Source: an uncultured virus (IMG/VR IMGVR_UViG_3300025961_000410) | Lineage: Duplodnaviria; Heunggongvirae; Uroviricota; Caudoviricetes | Direction: 5' to 3' (one strand) | IMG/VR virus record: IMGVR_UViG_3300025961_000410 | Length of the DNA stretch: 64,000 nt | Shown: positions 59,853-64,000 of the stretch, one piece after another | Numbering within the stretch: the first letter of the stretch is position 1 | How the letters are laid out: each line of letters begins with the position of its first letter | Translations under genes and position numbers: made by a program | Notes under the pieces: model-generated | The model's input: only the letters and a program-made list of their open reading frames with translations | What the model was told of the DNA's origin: nothing | Databases searched by the model: none

Positions 59853-62403
59853 GAGAAAAGCCTAGGTCAATTTCTGCATGCATTACAACATTATCTTCAA
59901 CTGGGTGTGGAGAATCTTCAGTTGCTAACGGACCATGATCTGGTTGGGCATATTCATTTGCTACTACTGAAATAATACCTACTGAAGCTACAGTCATATC
60001 CTCAAAACTACCATGGCGTTTTGGATTTCCACCTAGATAATCCCATGCCTGATTCCAAACTTGCTGAACTGGACTCTTAGACTTCTCTAGCGCTATTTCA
60101 GCTGGGGTCTTAACCTCTTTCGTATCAATATTCTGCAAGTTCTTTGGGATTGTATCAACCCTTGTTCGAACTTGCTGGGGAATTCTAGCTGGTTTGGTTC
60201 CTGTTTGATCCTCAGGCTTTGTCTTAGGTTCCTGAGTAGGTGAGGGTTCAGGTTGTACAATCTCATTTGGAGTAGGTTCTGGAATCTCCACTACGGGTTC
60301 TTGTTTTGGTTTAGCCTTATCTGACAAAGGAAGAGGAACTGGACCCTGCTTCTTTTTCTTAGGTTCTGGCTTAGCCAACAAAGCTTCTTGAACGTCTCCA
60401 AGCGTATTTATGCCTGGTGGTAGGACCATTCCTTTTAAGACTTTGTCAGCTGGAAAATCTGGATTAGCTTGAGCAAAACCATGCATGTCTGATCCAGGGG
60501 TGGTAAACCCCTTTAGCTTGGATACCATAGCAGGGTCATGCTTTGCTTGATCCCTAAGTGATTGACCAGAACTCGCTTTTGAAACTTCTTCAGTTTTAGT
60601 CGAATGGGTATCTAACCATTCTTGGTTTGTAGCATCTGCTTCCAACTCGATCTTATATGGGTCACTAGTCTGAGGGAAATATTTATTGATGAAAGAATCT
60701 ACCCCAAGCACTTCCATCCCACCAAAGAACCCCTCTCCATTCTTCGGGTAGTGAGTTCGGTACATGGCTTCGGCCATTTCTGGACTTTCAAACCCCAACA
60801 TAACTTTTTTCTCATCTGGGCTTCCATCTCTGTTAAGCTGATTGACCACATAAGCCACAGGATTGTTAGAACCCCCCAGATATACGTCAATGGGTTCTTC
60901 ATCATCCCCAACTGTACCTGGAATAAAACCATAATCACAATGCATCAACCTTTCCCATGGAACTCCACCTGTACCTACTCCCTGTCGTGTCTCACCTTTT
61001 CTCCATTCAACATGAACTGGAATCTGACCAAACTGTTTTACCTGCTTGACTGCATCAGCTCGTTTTAGCCAACGAAGTGACATAGCTTTCTTGGTGATGA
61101 CTACTTGACCACATTTGATGCAGAGTTTTAGTCTACCAATCCCTGAACAGTTTGTACATGCAAGTCTCGGTGTGATAGCGTGTAGGCCAGTGCAACAAGC
61201 ACAGCTAGTATAAGCCCAGGTATGAGCAACTTTGCAACCCAATTTGTCCAAGTCCTCGAACTGGTTGATGTCATGATACGATTCAGTCCATCTACCCGGT
61301 TCGCTCCTGAAAGGTTCTGAAGGGCCTTGGATAAGGCTATCTCCTCTTTTCCATCCCCAGGTGGTGGGAGCAGTTGAGGTATCCGGTCCAAGTGGACTCC
61401 TAACTTCTGCGACTGTTAAGTCGACCAGATTATTTCCAGAGGGTGAAGCATTTAAAGACAGGTCAAAAACTTGTGGGAACTCATCAATGATCGTCTGCAT
61501 CCCAAAGTGTTGGGGTTGTGGTAAATCATCTACGTGAAACCAACCACAATCAGAATGTTCGGCATTCAAAATTGGAGTCCAGCGTCTCTTATCACCAGCT
61601 GAAACATTCATCAAGTAAGTTGTATAGATAAAATTGCCATCCTGAAAAACTGCTTGACCTGCTGGTTCAACGTGATCAGGTAGCCCACCTATCTCTTCAT
61701 TGCATTCTCTGACAGCAGCCATTCCAGGACTAGAATCTGAGGGATCTACTCCACCACCTGGAACATTCCACTGACCAGGCTCTGACACATCTTCGTCAGC
61801 TCTTTTAGCCAACCAGACAGTCTCATCATCTGGGCAGTAGAGTAAAATTCCAGCTCCTGCGTTCGATTCATAAGAAACCTTATGCTTTCCCCATGGGCTT
61901 GGATCAGGTAAATCAGTTTTTAAATACAACCCAAACTTACCCTCAACTCTTCTTGGCTTGAAGTAATCTAACTCAGTAGTTCCATCTGGGTCATTGTTTT
62001 CTTCTGCTAAGCCGTCTTGACCTATGCTATCAAATATGTTGATAGGTCCAACAACAGAATCACCCTGTCCACCAACCTCAGGTTCTTCCCTGTCGATGAT
62101 GTTAACTGCTGCGTTAGTTACCCTCAAATCATTCTTAACCATCTCCATGTTGAGGTTGTACTGATCAGCAGGGTCAATTCGATCCATCACGTCTCGAACA
62201 GATTCTTGAGAGATTAATCCGTTTTGAGATTCATTATCCAACTGATCTAAAGCATCTTCAACAGACAAGTTACCACCAGAAGAACAAATGGTACATAATC
62301 CATCATCTAAATCACCTGGATCAGCTACGTGTACTCCACATACAGCTTTCCATGGAAGTTCACTAAACTCAGAACCAGCTACTAAAGGAAAGTGTAGCAT
62401 CAA
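59845..62403 (-). CDS. Multidomain protein: Nudix hydrolase + inorganic pyrophosphatase-like domain
   Basis: Nudix box WNVPGGGVDPSD...AAVRECNEEIG; PPase motif DYGFIPGTVGDDEEPIDVYLG...DEKKVMLGF. Confidence 0.8.
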   Translation of the reverse strand: MMLHFPLVAGSEFSELPWKAVCGVHVADPGDLDDGLCTICSSGGNLSVEDALDQLDNESQNGLISQESVRDVMDRIDPADQYNLNMEMVKNDLRVTNAAVNIIDREEPEVGGQGDSVVGPINIFDSIGQDGLAEENNDPDGTTELDYFKPRRVEGKFGLYLKTDLPDPSPWGKHKVSYESNAGAGILLYCPDDETVWLAKRADEDVSEPGQWNVPGGGVDPSDSSPGMAAVRECNEEIGGLPDHVEPAGQAVFQDGNFIYTTYLMNVSAGDKRRWTPILNAEHSDCGWFHVDDLPQPQHFGMQTIIDEFPQVFDLSLNASPSGNNLVDLTVAEVRSPLGPDTSTAPTTWGWKRGDSLIQGPSEPFRSEPGRWTESYHDINQFEDLDKLGCKVAHTWAYTSCACCTGLHAITPRLACTNCSGIGRLKLCIKCGQVVITKKAMSLRWLKRADAVKQVKQFGQIPVHVEWRKGETRQGVGTGGVPWERLMHCDYGFIPGTVGDDEEPIDVYLGGSNNPVAYVVNQLNRDGSPDEKKVMLGFESPEMAEAMYRTHYPKNGEGFFGGMEVLGVDSFINKYFPQTSDPYKIELEADATNQEWLDTHSTKTEEVSKASSGQSLRDQAKHDPAMVSKLKGFTTPGSDMHGFAQANPDFPADKVLKGMVLPPGINTLGDVQEALLAKPEPKKKKQGPVPLPLSDKAKPKQEPVVEIPEPTPNEIVQPEPSPTQEPKTKPEDQTGTKPARIPQQVRTRVDTIPKNLQNIDTKEVKTPAEIALEKSKSPVQQVWNQAWDYLGGNPKRHGSFEDMTVASVGIISVVANEYAQPDHGPLATEDSPHPVEDNVVMHAEIDLGFSHD

Positions 62404-63380
62404 TTTCCAAACTCGAAGGGACTTTCCCCTCGCTTCGACTTCAGCTTGTTAAAAAATTGCTCGAAGTCTTTTCTAACGTTATGCTTTCGATCCATCATCG
62501 CTTTAAGCTTTGCATTCTTAGCTGAATCTGACTTATGTTGATCTTTTGCCCAGCTATCAACGTACTTTTTGGCGATAGATTCCCACTGATCATCAGGAAC
62601 TTCTTCTATCTTCTTAATAACGGGCAGAGCGTCTTTGAGATCAAGATCGATCAGCCCGCTTGCATAGGCGTTATAAAGCTTGTTGTAGTAAGGGATATGC
62701 TCATTCTTATGATAAGAAGTGCTCAACTCATCCTGACCAACAAACTTTCCCATTTGCTCTTTATCAAGACCAATAATCCCACCATCCTTAGTCTTACCAA
62801 AATTCGCACCATGGGCGTCGTGATTAGATATCACCCAATCAACGACATGCTCTTGCAAAAGATCTTTCTTTTCTTTTGCTGTCAAGTCTTTTGGATTGGT
62901 GGTTGAGAGGTCACCTGTGATGTTCGTCAAGAAAGGTTGAATTGAACCAACCTCACCTCTGGCATTTGTACTAACCTTAACAGGGATGTACGTTCCAGGT
63001 GGTCGAATCAATGCTGTTAACTTGGACGCCGATTCTTGAGCTTCAGCCATAAAAGGTTCAGCAGGTGAAGGTTTGAAAAGGTATTTATTACCTTTGCTAT
63101 CACCTAAAAATGATTTGGGTTTTACCCCTCCTAGCCCTTTTGCACTTCCTAGGTACTTGAGAGACTTGGCATCAGGTATCTCATCATTTCCTACTTCTAT
63201 ACCTGACGTAGCCTTAGGTTCAGTCTGAGGCTTGGAACTAGGATTAGAAGTTGCTTGACCTTTACTAATGTAAGGACAATTAGTTGTCGGTCTATGATTT
63301 TGCTTATGAACCTCACACCAATACGGGCCATGCTTTTGCTGAGCAACTAGCTCAAAACCTAGATCAACAGCTGTAGACAT
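62400..63380 (-). CDS. PI3/PI4-kinase/HipA-like kinase with N-terminal Zn-knuckle
   Basis: GLGG..K...KYLFKP, AQESAS, GSIQ, DWVISNHDAHGANF (DxHxxN), GLDK (Mg-binding Asp). Confidence 0.7.
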   Translation of the reverse strand: MSTAVDLGFELVAQQKHGPYWCEVHKQNHRPTTNCPYISKGQATSNPSSKPQTEPKATSGIEVGNDEIPDAKSLKYLGSAKGLGGVKPKSFLGDSKGNKYLFKPSPAEPFMAEAQESASKLTALIRPPGTYIPVKVSTNARGEVGSIQPFLTNITGDLSTTNPKDLTAKEKKDLLQEHVVDWVISNHDAHGANFGKTKDGGIIGLDKEQMGKFVGQDELSTSYHKNEHIPYYNKLYNAYASGLIDLDLKDALPVIKKIEEVPDDQWESIAKKYVDSWAKDQHKSDSAKNAKLKAMMDRKHNVRKDFEQFFNKLKSKRGESPFEFGN

Positions 63381-64000
63381 TATGGCCCATAACAGTCTTT
63401 TTCAACACGCATTCTGACGCTATACTTGGCAGTCCCCGCGCTAATTATACCATCAATTGACCATGTTACCAAGGCCAAAGACGGACCACATTCGATGATT
63501 ACCTCATCCCCATTTCCACCCAACGCGGTTAAGGCTGGTCCAGCAACAACTACTTTAGTTTGTGCTACTCCAGAATCATCTGTCCATGTAACCTTCAACG
63601 TAGGTGAGCCTGAAGCAGCTGCATCTGCAGTTGTAATCGCTAAATAACCTCTCACCCGATACATTCCAGACTTTTTGATTTGGAAAAAGTTGGTCGAGGA
63701 GATATTAGCGTTTTGATTCTTTAGATAAAACCCAGCATCAGTTTCATTGTAATTATTAGCACTATTATAGTTTGCGCCATACCACCCGCACAAACCATTT
63801 AGCATAACTACTGGATTATCGCTAAAATCGAAAAACAGGTTATTTATTACAAGATTCACTACACTAGGAATCTTCCAAGCTGCTGACAACACTCCTGGTG
63901 ATATATTTCCCTGCAAAGCTTTTGCATTAGACATAACCACCAATCCAAAATCAGACAATGATGTGGTTGCACCCCAATGGAAACCATCGAAGTCTGTATT
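63380..64000 (-). CDS. C-terminal part of a beta-rich protein (5' end outside the window)
   Basis: The frame stays open from 64000 (NTDFDGFHWGATTSL...) through the track's TTG at 63958. Confidence 0.6.
   Translation of the reverse strand, partial: NTDFDGFHWGATTSLSDFGLVVMSNAKALQGNISPGVLSAAWKIPSVVNLVINNLFFDFSDNPVVMLNGLCGWYGANYNSANNYNETDAGFYLKNQNANISSTNFFQIKKSGMYRVRGYLAITTADAAASGSPTLKVTWTDDSGVAQTKVVVAGPALTALGGNGDEVIIECGPSLALVTWSIDGIISAGTAKYSVRMRVEKDCYGP

Noticed and set aside
1..64000. Stop-codon reassignment
   Set aside because: Conserved genes are intact in the standard code and TAA, TAG and TGA all terminate tightly packed genes. The tRNA with anticodon TGA reads the Ser codon TCA and is not a suppressor.

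Overview
This window is a 64-kb segment of a large contractile-tailed (myovirus-like) phage genome. Essentially all real genes are on the minus strand. In transcription order (right to left) it contains: (1) a cluster of large multi-domain proteins: PI3/4-kinase/HipA-like, Nudix plus inorganic pyrophosphatase, and wHTH-repeat plus ADP-ribosyltransferase-like; (2) a portal-MuF fusion, Fe/Mn superoxide dismutase, papain-type peptidase, prohead protease, scaffold-like protein, decoration protein and HK97-type major capsid protein with a terminator; (3) a free-standing endonuclease; (4) a ~14-kb block of small, probably early genes with a DNA ligase, two tRNAs and five copies of a leaderless promoter sharing an identical 22-nt core; (5) candidate lysis genes and a head-tail adaptor; (6) a GxT collagen-like fibre; (7) three adjacent proteins ending in the same tag, APFLC-x-NF-stop; (8) two glycosyltransferases and a B12 radical SAM enzyme; (9) neck genes, tail sheath, a stand-alone response regulator and the start of the tail tube gene. 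The best candidates for undescribed biology are the tagged-protein/glycosylation island (7157-21224) and the putative head-packaged enzyme set with a shared Zn-knuckle and K/R-x-A processing motifs (43310-63380). All calls come from motif recognition by eye; no database searches were run.
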